Assembly: GCF_964355755.1 (NCBI RefSeq)
Contig: NC_092677.1
Span: forward strand, 580,101-644,100
Direction: 5' to 3'
Length of the DNA: 64,000 bases
Source: Antedon mediterranea
Taxonomy: Eukaryota > Animalia > Echinodermata
This document shows positions 13,203 through 25,326 of the stretch, in pieces. The number at the start of each line of letters is the position of its first letter. Position 1 is the first letter of the stretch. The notes under the pieces are model-generated. The model did no database searches and was not told the DNA's origin. It saw nothing but the letters and a program-made list of their open reading frames with translations. The position numbers and the translations under genes were made by a program.

Positions 13203-13695
13203 AGGGAGGTTTCGCAACCTTACGAATACGATAACGAAAAACGGATACGTCACACATTTGTTAAACTTTTGAGCTGATCCCCATTTCATATTCGTAAAGC
13301 GTATTCGTGTTGACGAATATCACCAGTCATATTCCTAACTACAAAACGAGTACAGTTTTTGATCTATTTTGCACATTTTGCATTTGAATCAGGAATTATT
13401 CATGATTATAATATAATTATAGATTTATTGAAAGTAATTTACTAAAGTAATTTACTAAAATGCCAAGTCAATTTTGATAAATAGCAGTCCTCACACGCTT
13501 TGATGTTACGCTGGGCCTAGGCCGCCAAGCACCAAGCAACACGTACCTGCGCTTCGCTCAAATTTACCGCAGTCATATTTCGGACGCACCTCAATATTTC
13601 GTTGCCATGCGAAACAGATTTTTTTATGGCTTACGAAAACGAATAGTGTGCGTGACGTATCCGTTTTCGTATTCGTAAGATTGCGAAACCTCCCT
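13203..13695. mobile_element. MITE with about 50-bp TIRs (Harbinger-like termini)
   Basis: AGGGAGGTTTCGCAACCTTACGAATACG...CGGATACGTCAC vs GTGACGTATCCG...CGTATTCGTAAGATTGCGAAACCTCCCT. Confidence 0.7.
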
Positions 13696-14292
13696 AAACT
13701 AATATCAATAAAATACGGATTGTTAAACACCTTTAAAAACTTGTTAAATACCAAAAAAATGAATATGAATTTGGTCTAAAGTGAGACGTTTCGGCCCACA
13801 AAGTGGGATGTTTCGGCCCAGAAGTGGGCCGAATAGTCCCGGGCCGAATCGTCCCTGAATCTAGGCCTAGCCTAGCTAGTAGAAGAGTAGGCTAGGTCTA
13901 CTAGGCCTAGCTAGGGCCTAGCCTAGCCCTAGCTAGCTTGATAGCCAACTAAAACTTAAAACGTAAGGCAAGAAGCCTACCAACACTCATAAACAATCAA
14001 GCATTCAAGATAAAAAACCGTTTCGTTGCTTCTCCAAATCAAGCCTTTTCTTTAAAAATAAAACACGCATTATTGTAAGCCGACGACGTGACATATAGGC
14101 TAGGTCTCTACTGCTCTAGATCTCAAGAGTTTACGTGAACTTCCTATTATATACGGGGCGCAGTTTGGGACAATTACTAGCAATTATGTCAACAATGTGT
14201 GTTCTCTCTTACCGACTCAACGGCGAGAATCTGATGATTTTGTTGTACTCAATAGTAACACTAAGAAATATTTTTATTGTAATTGAAATCAT

Positions 14293-14457
14293 GGATCAGG
14301 TGCCGTTTTCGGCTGTTTGTACTGTAGGTTACATAACAGAACAATTGTATTGTCTTACCATTCAATAGACACCCTTCTCTACATAAAACACCACACCCCT
14401 ATCATAATAATGGTATAGTCCATATAAGTCGAGGTGGCCAAAAACGGCACCTGATCC
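14293..14457. mobile_element. 165-bp MITE with GG termini and an 8-bp TSD (Merlin-like)
   Basis: GGATCAGGTGCCGTTTT...AAAACGGCACCTGATCC; flanks gaaatcat / gaaattat (7/8). Confidence 0.7.
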
Positions 14458-14669
14458 GAAATTATTTTATTAATATTTGTATTTATAAACAATTAAAAAT
14501 GCTAGGAATGTATAAATGTTGCTTGTATAAAACAAATTAGTAGGAATGTTGACGTAATCCGTTACCGTAATTTACGTTTACGCAAAAGCTCCCTATTGTC
14601 TCTGCCCAACATATATTTTTTTTATTGGGATGGGAAGAGGAGAGGGGTCACTCAATATGTTTATACATA

Positions 14670-15138
14670 CCGTAAAACCTCAAAAAGAAGCCACCCTCTT
14701 TGGTCTGCAAAAGTCGGCCTAATCTCAAAAAGAAGCCCATCTCGAGATCAAGCCCATTGGGCTTCTTTTCAAGATAACATAGGCGTCTTTTCGAGATAGA
14801 CGATTGGATATCAAAGGAACAATTAGGTGATTTACTTCCAGATAACTTGTGATGCAAATAATGTGATCGAGTTTATAATATCATATTTATTTTACATTTT
14901 AAAATGGTGTTATGATAACAAAATGCAAAATTGGCAGGTAATGGCTCAAAAATTACATTGTAGTATAAAATTCAAATATTTACAGCATAATTTTCGAAAA
15001 GAAGCCCCTCTCTTTGGTTTGCAAAAGTAATCTCGAAAAGAAGCCCATCTTGAAAAAAATCACATCTTGAAAATAATTAAGCTCACCCAAGGGTACTAAA
15101 AAGGAAGAAGCCCATGGACTTCTTTTCGATGTTTACGG
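14670..15138. mobile_element. Tc1/mariner (pogo/Tc2-like) MITE
   Basis: TA|CCGTAAAACCTCAAAAAGAAGCC...GACTTCTTTTCGATGTTTACGG|TA; internal repeats of AAAAGAAGCCC. Confidence 0.7.
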
Positions 15139-16399
15139 TACGTACTTTCTGTAATGTTGATTATTAGCTCAGTGCACTTACAGCCATCTAGAGTTGTAAT
15201 TTCTAAAATTTTCTCAAAACAATTAATTAAAAGAATTAAACTGAGGTCGGCAATCTAAAGACCTTGATTATACATTTTTGTTTTTGGATGTCCTCTTGAA
15301 AAATACCTGCACACAATAATACGAGGATGCTTCGCATTTTTCTATCTCCTCCTACGATTTCTGCAAACCGCTTGAACAGCTCGAGTACAGTATCATAATG
15401 TTGAAGACAGGCCGATTTTCTTAAAAAATACTATTTTGATAGATTTAATATACGTTTATACAAATGTATTGATTTGCGATGAATGGAACGTTCCAAATTA
15501 TTTGGTTTAACCATGGTTTAAGGTTTAACACAAGTAGGTAAATTTATGAGCCCTTAGAAAATAAACTTAAAACCGTATTGTATAGTATTGCAATACTACT
15601 ATACAATGCTGTACCTATTAACCACTTTTGGTCGCCATTTGAATCGCAAATTTCTTACTGTGAGTGTTGGTACTGTGAGATATAATCAATCAATCAATCA
15701 ACGTAAACATTTATTTTCTTTCTTTCAATCAATTACAATAAAACAAATGAATAAGGTAGGCTATTAAAAAAGAAAGAACGAATTTAATATAAACATATAT
15801 AAAAATAAACTGAATTACTGTGAGTGTGGGAGGCCCTACTGATTATAATAAACTATAACTAAATAAATAAACTATATTACTGACAGTTGCTTCTCAACGT
15901 TTGTATTAATTAATAAATACAAAAAAATAAACGTATACAAAAAAATAAACGTCGTACTTTACTATTTCAATCGACAGTGACAGTTTTAACAAAGTATTAA
16001 ATCGCAAATGTTTTACTGTATTTAGTGGTATATTATTTATAGGCCTATAAAACAGGAAAAAAATATTTCGTTGCTAAGTGGATAAAGAATATATTTAAAA
16101 ATGGTTCCTCTTTGTACATTCCCTCAACCTTAATGTTAGTTACATACAAAACACAAAAATATGTGTCCGTATGTTTATTGTATGTTTGCGCCCCGTACTA
16201 AAGTGTTATCGATCGATTGAGGGCGAACTCCAAAGCAATCCCAGTTCAAAAAAGTGTCGTAATAGTAGAGGGGGCATGGCAACAACGACATTCTGTCATG
16301 TGTAAAAACTCCTGGAAATGTTAAATTTCATCTTGAAACTAATAATCTGCTGAACAACTAACCAACTTTTAGAATTCGTCTTCATTGATCTGCGTAGGT

Positions 16400-18200
16400 C
16401 TAATACTATAAAGCCACAATGCGTGAGGAAAATATCTATCGTGTCCGTCGTGTCATTTTCTTCACAGTGTGCACAATTTTTTACAGATGTTCCAACAAAT
16501 AAAAGTACATACAAGTTGTTAACATAAAACAACATAAAGAGAGCTCTATCAAATATATTAATTTTGGCCAGCGGTATTCTTCTATATTTTTTAACCTATA
16601 AAAGTATGTCAGGATTCTATCTGATTGTATTGACAAACTCAATAAATTGCCAGACAAGTTCACCATATAGGGCTTCCTTTGCGACATATCTGGGTGCCTT
16701 TAATTAGTATCTGGCCATTTGGTGTTGAATATTATAAATTTTATCCACAGAGCTTTTATTATCACAGAACCATCAGCTTGCATAATTTATAGATGGTATA
16801 CCGATTGATTTCCAGAGGAGCACCATAGTATATTCTATTAAATTCTTCCTGTACATTATAATATTTTATATATGCCATCACTCTCTTTTAACTACTTCAT
16901 CTATGTGAGAGAGTTTCCTTGATACAAACATTCCCAGATATTTATATTATCATTAGTTTCATCAATAAAACTATTACCAATTGGCCATTTCTTATATTCA
17001 TTAAGGCGTTGTCCAGTTACAATAACGTTGGATTTATTAAAATTAAATACCGTACTCCATTGTTGCAAAATCTGCTGCATTTAAAAGTAATTCTAACTCA
17101 GGCTCATTGTCTCCAATTTAAATGATATCATCAGCCCAGAATAAGCTGCCAACTTTTACATCAAATATATTAATTCCTAATTCTCTTTCTTTTATTATTT
17201 TGTTAAGTTCATTCATATTAATAGTGAAAAGAATTGGAGACAGTGGGCAGCCTTGTTTGACACCTTCGTCAATATTAAAAACATCTGTTTCAGAGTCTCC
17301 AATGAAACTTTACCTTTTACATTTATACAAATTCTTTATACCATAACAATTTATCTTTAATTCCTATATTTTCGATTGCATAAAAGAGACCTTCTCTCCA
17401 AACGGTGTCGAATTCCTTACTGAAATTCATGAAGGCGAGTAAGTTTTGTTACCTTCAACACGGTCGGCAAGCAATAATACTCTTAAGTATAAAGATGTGG
17501 CATTCACATTGTCTGTCCTTACGAAATCCTCCTTAGTACCGCCTTTATTCATTATTTCAGAACATTTAGTTACTTTCTTTTCTAATAAGTTTTGTTTAAT
17601 TAAAGGTTTGCATTGTTTACGTTTCCCTTGATACTCATTCCATAGTGATTCACATTCTACTTGATGCACTATCATTTGTTTTACAATATTAAAGACGATG
17701 TGCCCTACAGGAACTTTTTCCTTTCTCAATACAAAGATCAATTTCTTCATCATACCATACTTTGCGTTTTCTATTATTATTCCGTTGACCAATTGTATTT
17801 TCGGTTATGGCTATAACATTGTTTTTCCAAAAAGTCCATGCCTCATTTGGCATTTAAGGATGAGGGGGTCCCAGTTTTCAAATTTGCTTTTAATTTTATT
17901 TTGGAAAGGTATCCACTTAGTAAATGTCTATTTATGTTCCAACTTATTATATTAGTATCATTAATATTTATTTTATTATTTTATCATTAGTTGTCGGTAA
18001 ATTCCAATAACAATAAGTTGTGATCACTACCAAGATGGTATATACATAGATCATCAATTATAAGTTTTTTAGTGATATATACATTTTGAGAAACAAGTAC
18101 ATATTCGAATAATACTAGTATGGTCACCTTTTGTCCATGTATATTTTCCAGTACATTTATTAGAGCTATTCACTGAAATCACATATTGTAGATTTTTGTA
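16400..18200 (-). mobile_element. Old, degenerate LINE ORF2 (end of endonuclease to RT to Cys/His C-terminus)
   Basis: Minus-strand peptides GVKQGCPLSPILFTINMNEL..GSLFWADDI (RT), YTWTKG and GSDHNL (APE end), CAHC..THC; many stops. Confidence 0.7.
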
Positions 18201-18485
18201 CTTATATGCTAGATAATGATTACTAGAATAAGAATAAAGTCTTTGTAATTAGTAATTCGGTCGAATTCATATTTTAAAAATATTTTTTAATTACGTTGTT
18301 CAAAATTGGGACAAATTGTCATAAAAAAGCGGCAACCCTATAGGTCATCACTGCTACGTCACAAGTTGGAGTCAAAAAGGCCGGAAAGGTTACACACGCT
18401 GGGCCGGCGGCGATTTTTTTTTCGTACATAAGTTGGGGACCCCCCTCATGTATATATGGGTATGAAAATTCATACTATTATGCTA

Positions 18486-20066
18486 TCAATCAATCAATCA
18501 ATCAATTCAACTTTATTTCAGACAAACTGTCCATATGAAACATATTATAAATACAATAAAAAATAATACAAAGCATTATGTGACAACCGTCATGGAGAGA
18601 GGACTAATAATTATTTGTTGACATATAGTGCCTCTTAAAATACATGTGGATTATGTTTTGGGATTTATTGGATGTAGACTGTAGACATTATTATATTATT
18701 GATTACTATAGTTTACAAAACAACATATACTGATACTAGGTAACACGCGTAAAAGTATACATGAGATTATATATACAAAAGTTCTATCCATTTTCTATGC
18801 AACTTTGAATCTTTTAGAATACGAGAAAAAACACATGTAATTAAAGTATTACAGCTTTTTACAATTTTTGTTTTGAAACAAAAAATTGATTTCCGAATGT
18901 ACTCATAGAAGGAGGGAACATGGTTATCAACAAACATAGCACTAGCACTACAGCTCCTTGAGCGTCTTAAAATCTTTCTAAGTGCGTTATTATAACAGAC
19001 CTGTAATGACTTCATAGTTTTTACATTAAAATCGCACCATAAGGCCGCACAATACATACTAATACAGTATGACTTAAACAAAGTAATCTAAACATCTGTT
19101 GAGCATTTACTAAATTTTCTACAAAGAGAGTTACCTCTAATACATAATATTCGAATTTAATATCCAATTCGAACCTAGTATCATTGCTGATAACACAACC
19201 AAGGTAGGTAGTGGATTGAACGTAATTTAGTTCTTTACCACATGAACAGTAACATAATTACCATTCAGTTTTCTTTTCCTAGGGCAAAAACACATGCAAA
19301 TAGATTTTTTTGAATTATATAATACATCAAAGTCATTAGCAAAATCCTCACATATGTTAACCATCTTTTGGAGGGCATCTAAAGAGGGCGCAAGTAACAC
19401 CATGTCATCTGCATAACTTAAGTTGTTGAACTTTGTATTATTGAGCTCAGAACCAAAATTACAATCACTAAGCATACTGTTTAAATTGTCAATGTAAACA
19501 TTATATATAACCAAAGAATATAAATAGGTAAAGAATCAACAGTACGCGCTGTTATACATAGAAGGATAGGAAACGCGGACGCTTATTCATGGACGCGTAA
19601 GAATCCAGCAGCCGAACGACGGCGGGCTCTAGATATGGTTCCCGTCTAATCCCACGTTTCGATGTATCGTGATGATCTGATGTGTTCTCGCGTCTGTGCT
19701 CTACTAATTTTGATATTATTAATATTTTGATAATTATTTTGATAAATAATCATCGTTTGCATTTTTATAGATATTTACAATAAAAGTTTTACCTTACCCA
19801 CGCCTGAAGGTGGCGCACCTCTTCTAGAGAAAAAGAAATGCGCCACCTTCAGGCGTAGGCAAATGGTAACCCGGATGTGGTTTACACCGCCAACGGAACT
19901 GTTGTATCTTCTCCTTTTATTATCTTTGATATAACGGAGGAGACATAACACCACCCTGTCTAACGCCATTGGTAACTTTAAAACCTGAATACTAATAGCA
20001 ATAATGTTTGTTTCTCTCATAATTAATTGCCTGTACAATGACCAGTGATTGACTCGGTCGAACGCT
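18486..20066 (-). mobile_element. 5'-truncated LINE (RT to 3' end) with a (TTGA)n tail, interrupted by a MITE
   Basis: KAFDRVNHW, GVRQGGVMSP, YNVYIDNL..LSYADDMVLLAPS, FKSYCISMY...YNNALRKIL..CSASAMF; 3' end AATAAA then (TTGA)n at 18486-18518. Confidence 0.8.
19512..19928. mobile_element. P-element-like MITE with a 7-bp TSD (ATATAAC)
   Basis: ATATAAC|CAAAGAATA...TATCTTTG|ATATAAC; removing it roughly rejoins the host LINE motif SPPLY|NVYID. Confidence 0.7.
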
Positions 20067-21122
20067 TTAAGAGCGCCAGTCACTAAAAATCAAACATTAG
20101 GTGGCAAGGGTCAAAATTTCGAATTGGCTCATATTTTGCACATTGGTAGACCTTGATGTAAGTAAACCTGATGTGTAGATTGTTTTGTAAAATATCGCTT
20201 AGTTTTCGAGAAAATCGAAAAATAACGATTTTCGGCCAATTTTGTTAATTTTTGGTGTATAATTTACATTAAGTTTAACAGCCTCTGGAAGCCAAACGTA
20301 GCAACCTAGCGTTTTAATATTTTACACTTACGTTAACTAGCATCTTGACAATAATTTGGTAAAGTTTCAAAAAATTTGATGAAATTTTAAGATTTTGACT
20401 AATTAATTACTAATTAGCATATATAAAACTCTTAAAAAGTAGGGTAAAAACAAACGTTTTTTTTTTCATGTGCGACGAATTTTTATAAAATAAAAAAGTC
20501 ATCAATCTAAAGTTTAGATACTAATATTTATGAATCAAGTAAAAAAAATTTGAGGAAATTATTTTGCGCTCCGCGCCAGAGCCACAAAGTTGTAAGAAAT
20601 TCAAAGATTTTATCTGTCGGCAACATCAATCAGATGTACCTATTGTTCTCTATTTAGCAATCTAAGTCGAATTAAGCCAGACTTTTATTACGAGAAACAA
20701 ACTTGAAAGATAAATTTTGAATTAAGTTGCAATTTAAATACAAACTAAAAATACGTTTCTGGTAAAATTTCAATTACTAACCAATATACGAAATTAAACA
20801 ATTAACTAAAAATCACTCGCTTATTCTTTGTCAAACCACATTATTATAAATTATTCCATCCTCTCATAGTTTATAGGATAAAACTGAAAAACAAATTAGT
20901 TTTAACTTGTTATCGTTTTCCTGTTTGTTGAACCTGGTCGAACGTACTCAACGAGAATGTTTCAAAACATTAACCACAGTAGACAAAACACTTTACTGCG
21001 TATATTCGATAGATAACGATCTTCATTGACGTTGAAAACGGAACAGATTTGTTATCCATTTTAGTTTATGTCTTACAATGTAAAGACGTGTTGAAAATAA
21101 TTCTTATATATAATTATTGTCT

Positions 21123-22440
21123 GATGGCTTTAAGTTCAAACAAAATGAAGATTTCATGTTCTTTTAAATCGGTTGTCGGCGGAGCTTGTGGATTCGATAG
21201 AAAAGACCGCAAACAGAGCACTGAAGTCCTACCTTTACAAGCATGCCAGAAGAAAATCGCTGCACACAGATACATGTTTAGGTTTACGGGCATCGATAGT
21301 GAGTGGTACTATTTGTGCAGCAGGGAAATGGAAATAAAAGGCGTGAGTCACATCAACAACATAGAGTATGGAAGCAGGTCCATGAAGGTGCGGATGGCGT
21401 ATGGTGTTGGTGCAGGACAAAATCTACTTTTGAGTAAATTCTATGTGCCTTCGAAGCTACCCAATTTAATTCATAACCAAGATACAACGTCTGATTAAAA
21501 TAAATCAAGTATCATCTATTGCAGTAAAAGCAAGAATACAAGCCAAGACATCTCATGAAGAACAAGCTGATATAAATAACGACGAACAAATAGAAAGAGA
21601 AGAAAGTCCTGGCACCCTCAGCAAACTGTTCTTTTGTCGCGAACAAGGTTGCATTAGGTCATATCAGAGGTACTCTTCCCTAGAGAAACACTTAGATTAT
21701 GAAAATCACAAGAACGCACTAGAACATAAAACACTTTATGACAGGGCAATGAAATTAATCAACACAACTAGAAGAGGGTACTTCTAAAAATCCAGAACCA
21801 ACAAGAACCAACGATTTGCCACGGTTTGACATTGGCCCCAAACTGCAAATGGGCTGGGCGTTAAAGTCCTCTGCAAAAAAAACCCGATTTTCTGTACCAC
21901 AGAAAACCTACCTTATTGATGTTTTTGACGCTGGAGGAGCAGACGGGACAGAAAGCTGATCCATGTCTCACGAGAGATGAGATCGGCCAGGCACAGCGAT
22001 GGTTCACATCTATATAGTAGCAAGACTGAATTTTTAACAGCAGATTGCAAGTTTTTTCTCACACTTGGCTAAAAAAAGGAGGACAGATGCAGCCGTTCAT
22101 GATGATGATGATGACGAAGATGATGATTACGATAGTAATGAAGATGGTGACAAAGTCGAAGAAAATGGAGACGATTCAAAAACGGAAAAGGAAAGAGAAA
22201 TTCAACTTTTGTCGCAAACCGTACTGGACACAATAGGCTTGCAGCATCCAATAATGTTTGAAAGCATAATATTTGTGAACTGAAAGCTCAAGAAAAACTC
22301 TCCAGATTCTCTTTGCCAATGTTGCAAGAAATGTGTACTTCTCTTGAACTTGATACCACAGATATAACCATAAAGCGCAAGAATCCATACATTGATTTGC
22401 TGGGAAAGATGGTTTCCATGTGCAGTTGCTCGAGTGATTA
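21123..22440 (+). pseudogene. Sola3 transposase remnant (N-terminus fused to C-terminus, catalytic core missing)
   Basis: SCSFKSVVGGACG.. then EIKGVSHINNIEY..AYGVGAG, LFFCREQGCIRSYQRYSSLEKHLDYENH (C2H2-like), MGWALK..RFS..QKTYL..F..G; stops and frameshifts. Confidence 0.7.
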
Positions 22441-22455
22441 AGGTAGCAATGAAGG

Positions 22456-22813
22456 TTTTTTATTTATTTATTCGACTTCTCACTAACTCAGTTAGTAAAG
22501 GATCTGGACCAACAGGTGGTAAACACCTCTAAAACGGCCCAGTCCCAATTTGCACAGTGGCTGTGTGTGACAGTGGCTGTGTTTGTGTGGACTAGTACAC
22601 CGGGGTAACCCCCTACTCGTCTCGAAAGATGTACTAGGTTCTTTAAAGTGCGCATGAGCTATGTGTACACTGGACCTACGGTTTATAGTCCTTATCCGAG
22701 AAGACTCGTTCTACCACCAGAACCATGGAGCGAGTGAGCCTCGAACCCTTGCCGATGTTATGGCTACTTAATTACGGTTCCACTGTCTTAACCGCTCGGC
22801 CACTCACTCACTC
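22456..22813 (-). mobile_element. tRNA-headed SINE with a Nin/Deu-type core, nested in Sola3
   Basis: Minus strand: A box TGGCCGAGCGG, B box GGTTCGAGGC, core CTTCTCGGATAAGGACTATAAACCGTAGGTCC..GCACTTTAAAGAACC, (AAAT)n/A-rich tail. Confidence 0.75.
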
Positions 22814-24524
22814 ATAAGGTAAAAAATAAGGTAAAACTATGTCTGTAAGAATTCTTTAAAATAACAATTTAATATGTGGGACGATTCTGTAAATTTTTAA
22901 TAAAGCGAAGGGATGAAACAATGGTTTACAAGTTTACAAACAATGTATTGTTTAGGCTACGAATTATATCGGAACGTTATCGGATGTCACCATTCTACTC
23001 ATTTGCATAACAACAGAGTTCAGTGAACATTTGCGTTAACGTACTTGCTCGTTTTGATTTCGCGCTTCGACGGGAAGTGTAGAACGCAACGCATGTGTAG
23101 CGCACGCAACATACGCCACACGTATTAAAACAAATCATGGGTTTATAGAGACTAAGCCTAGCCAGGCATGTTTAATCATGTTTTGGTTAACGTTTTCATT
23201 TACGCTATTTAAAAAAAATAAGGTTCTCGACGCACGTAACTAAAGTTTTTCGTAATGCTTGCGCACGCACAGCAAGTTGTTTACAAAGTGGGCGAAGCTT
23301 GGAAAATAGCGTTAACATGCTTGTGCGAATACTCCCTATATGAGAAGATAAGAACATTATGTTATATATACGCGCACGTCAAAGGGAACACTTTGTTGAT
23401 AAAAAATAAACTGCGCATGCGCGCGTATAGTGCAAAAAATAATAATATTATTATTATTATATTATAATAATAATAAGAATAAATTCACCTAGTGGAAAAT
23501 ATAACAGGTGATGAAGCTAAGCGAGTTATTGGTTATTTTAAGAGGACGATGATGTGTTCACTTCTTGAACAGTCTGCATAACCTGTTTTAATTGAAATTT
23601 TTTATGGCATGCCAATCTATGTTTTTTATATATATATATATATTTTATCTGTATTTTATTGTTAACCGTTTTTGATGTTGTATTGTTTTATGTTTCAAAC
23701 CTGTTAGTGGCGGTATTTATCGCTGTTGGTTTTGATTGAATAAAATAAAAAAAAAATAAAATAATATTGAGCTCAGATAGTAATTGCTTAATTTCATGGG
23801 TCAGTCGTTTAAATTTGAATAGAAATTTATTTTTAGATGTTTTTATATTAAAACGTAATTCCAAATTATTCAGGACCTTTCAGTTTACCTTTAAAGTTTG
23901 TTTCTCGTAGTAAAATTTACCTTAAATCTGTAAATAGAGAACAATAGGTACATCTGATTGATCTTGCCGACAGATAAAATCTTTGAATTTCTAACAACTT
24001 TGTGGCTCTGGCGCAGAGCGGAAAATAGTTTCCCCAAATTGTTTTTACTTGATTCATAAATATTAGTATCTAAACAGTAGATTGACGATTTTTTTATTTT
24101 AAAAAAATTCGTCGCACATGAAAAAAAACGCGTTTGTTTTTACCCTACTTTTTAAGAGTTTTATATATGCTAATTAGTAATTAATTAGTAAAAATATTAG
24201 AATTTCATTAAATTTTTTGAAATTTACTAAATTATTGTCAAGATGCTAGTTAACGTAAGTGTAAAATATTAAAACGCTAGGTTGCAAAATTTGGCTTCCA
24301 GAGGCTGTTAAACTTAATGTAAATTATACACCAAAAATTAACAAAATTGGCCGAAAATCGTTATTTTTCGATTTTCTCGAAAACTAAGCGATATTTTACC
24401 AAACAAACTACACATCAGGTTTACTTACATCAAGGTCTACCAATGTGCAAAATATGAGCCAATTCGAAATTTTGACCCTTGCCACTAAATTACGAATATG
24501 TCTGATTTTTGGTGACAAGCACTC

Positions 24525-24822
24525 TTAATTGGTATAGTGGTTTTGGCTAAAACTTTTGACATAATGCTATTCTTAACATCTAAATGAAATGGTTTGTAGT
24601 AGGCCTGCTAGCTCAGCGCATCAGTGGCATGATTTCATAATGGTTATGTTACTGGTGCTTAATATGGGGATTTTTATATTCTAATTAAAAACAATTATTT
24701 TGTTTGCATTGCATTGCAGTTGATCATGGAAAAATATAAATTGTTACGGTACTCTGTATCTTAACACAAACATTAATATGAAATGACATTTATAATTAAA
24801 TAAAGAACTCATAACAGCAGTG
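24525..24822 (-). repeat. Inverted copy of a segment of intron 4 of the Ig genes
   Basis: Reverse complement aligns by eye with 40460-40775 (and ~46215-46530, ~51395-51710), e.g. gcctgctagctcagcgcatcagtggcatgatttc; a more diverged repeat follows at ~24870-25075. Confidence 0.8.
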
Positions 24823-25326
24823 GGAAATTAATTACTGAAATCATTTTAGGAAAAATCTAAATGAACTAAGTTGGTATAGTCCTGATCATTGATTGATTTA
24901 ATAATGTTTACTGGTGTTAAATAATATTGTGATTTTGATATTCTAACCAATATATTTAATAGATTTTTCTTTCTTTATCATTGCAGTAAACCATAGAAAA
25001 AATATTGTTTTGTTGTATCTTGATGCATAAATTGATAGAAACGCGTAATTACATCAGATAACAGCAGGGGAAAATTAATTAAATAATATCTATAGGCCTA
25101 TAGTATAAATTTCGAAGTAGCTTCCATACCCTTAAGTCAGGGGATCACCAGTTTGCTTTTAAAAGTCAACACTCAACGGATACTTGTATCTTTGTTTTTA
25201 AGCAGATAGTGGATTACTATAATAGGAATGGGAGCCCCGTATTTACTTGTTTTCTCGACGTACGTCGACAGGAAACTAGGCTTTACAGTTAAAAATGGCA
25301 TTATGTTAGCGGTTTCAGCAAAAACC

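Larger units (their letters stand above)
20071..24524 (+). mobile_element. Sola3-type DNA transposon, internally deleted
   Basis: TTAA|GAG...CTC|TTAA; about 640-bp TIRs (20071-~20710 vs ~23889-24524); transposase remnants inside. Confidence 0.85.

Noticed and set aside
22045-22283. Asp- or Met-rich short ORFs as host genes
   Set aside because: A (GAT)n-rich tract in the decayed C-terminus of the Sola3 transposase region.
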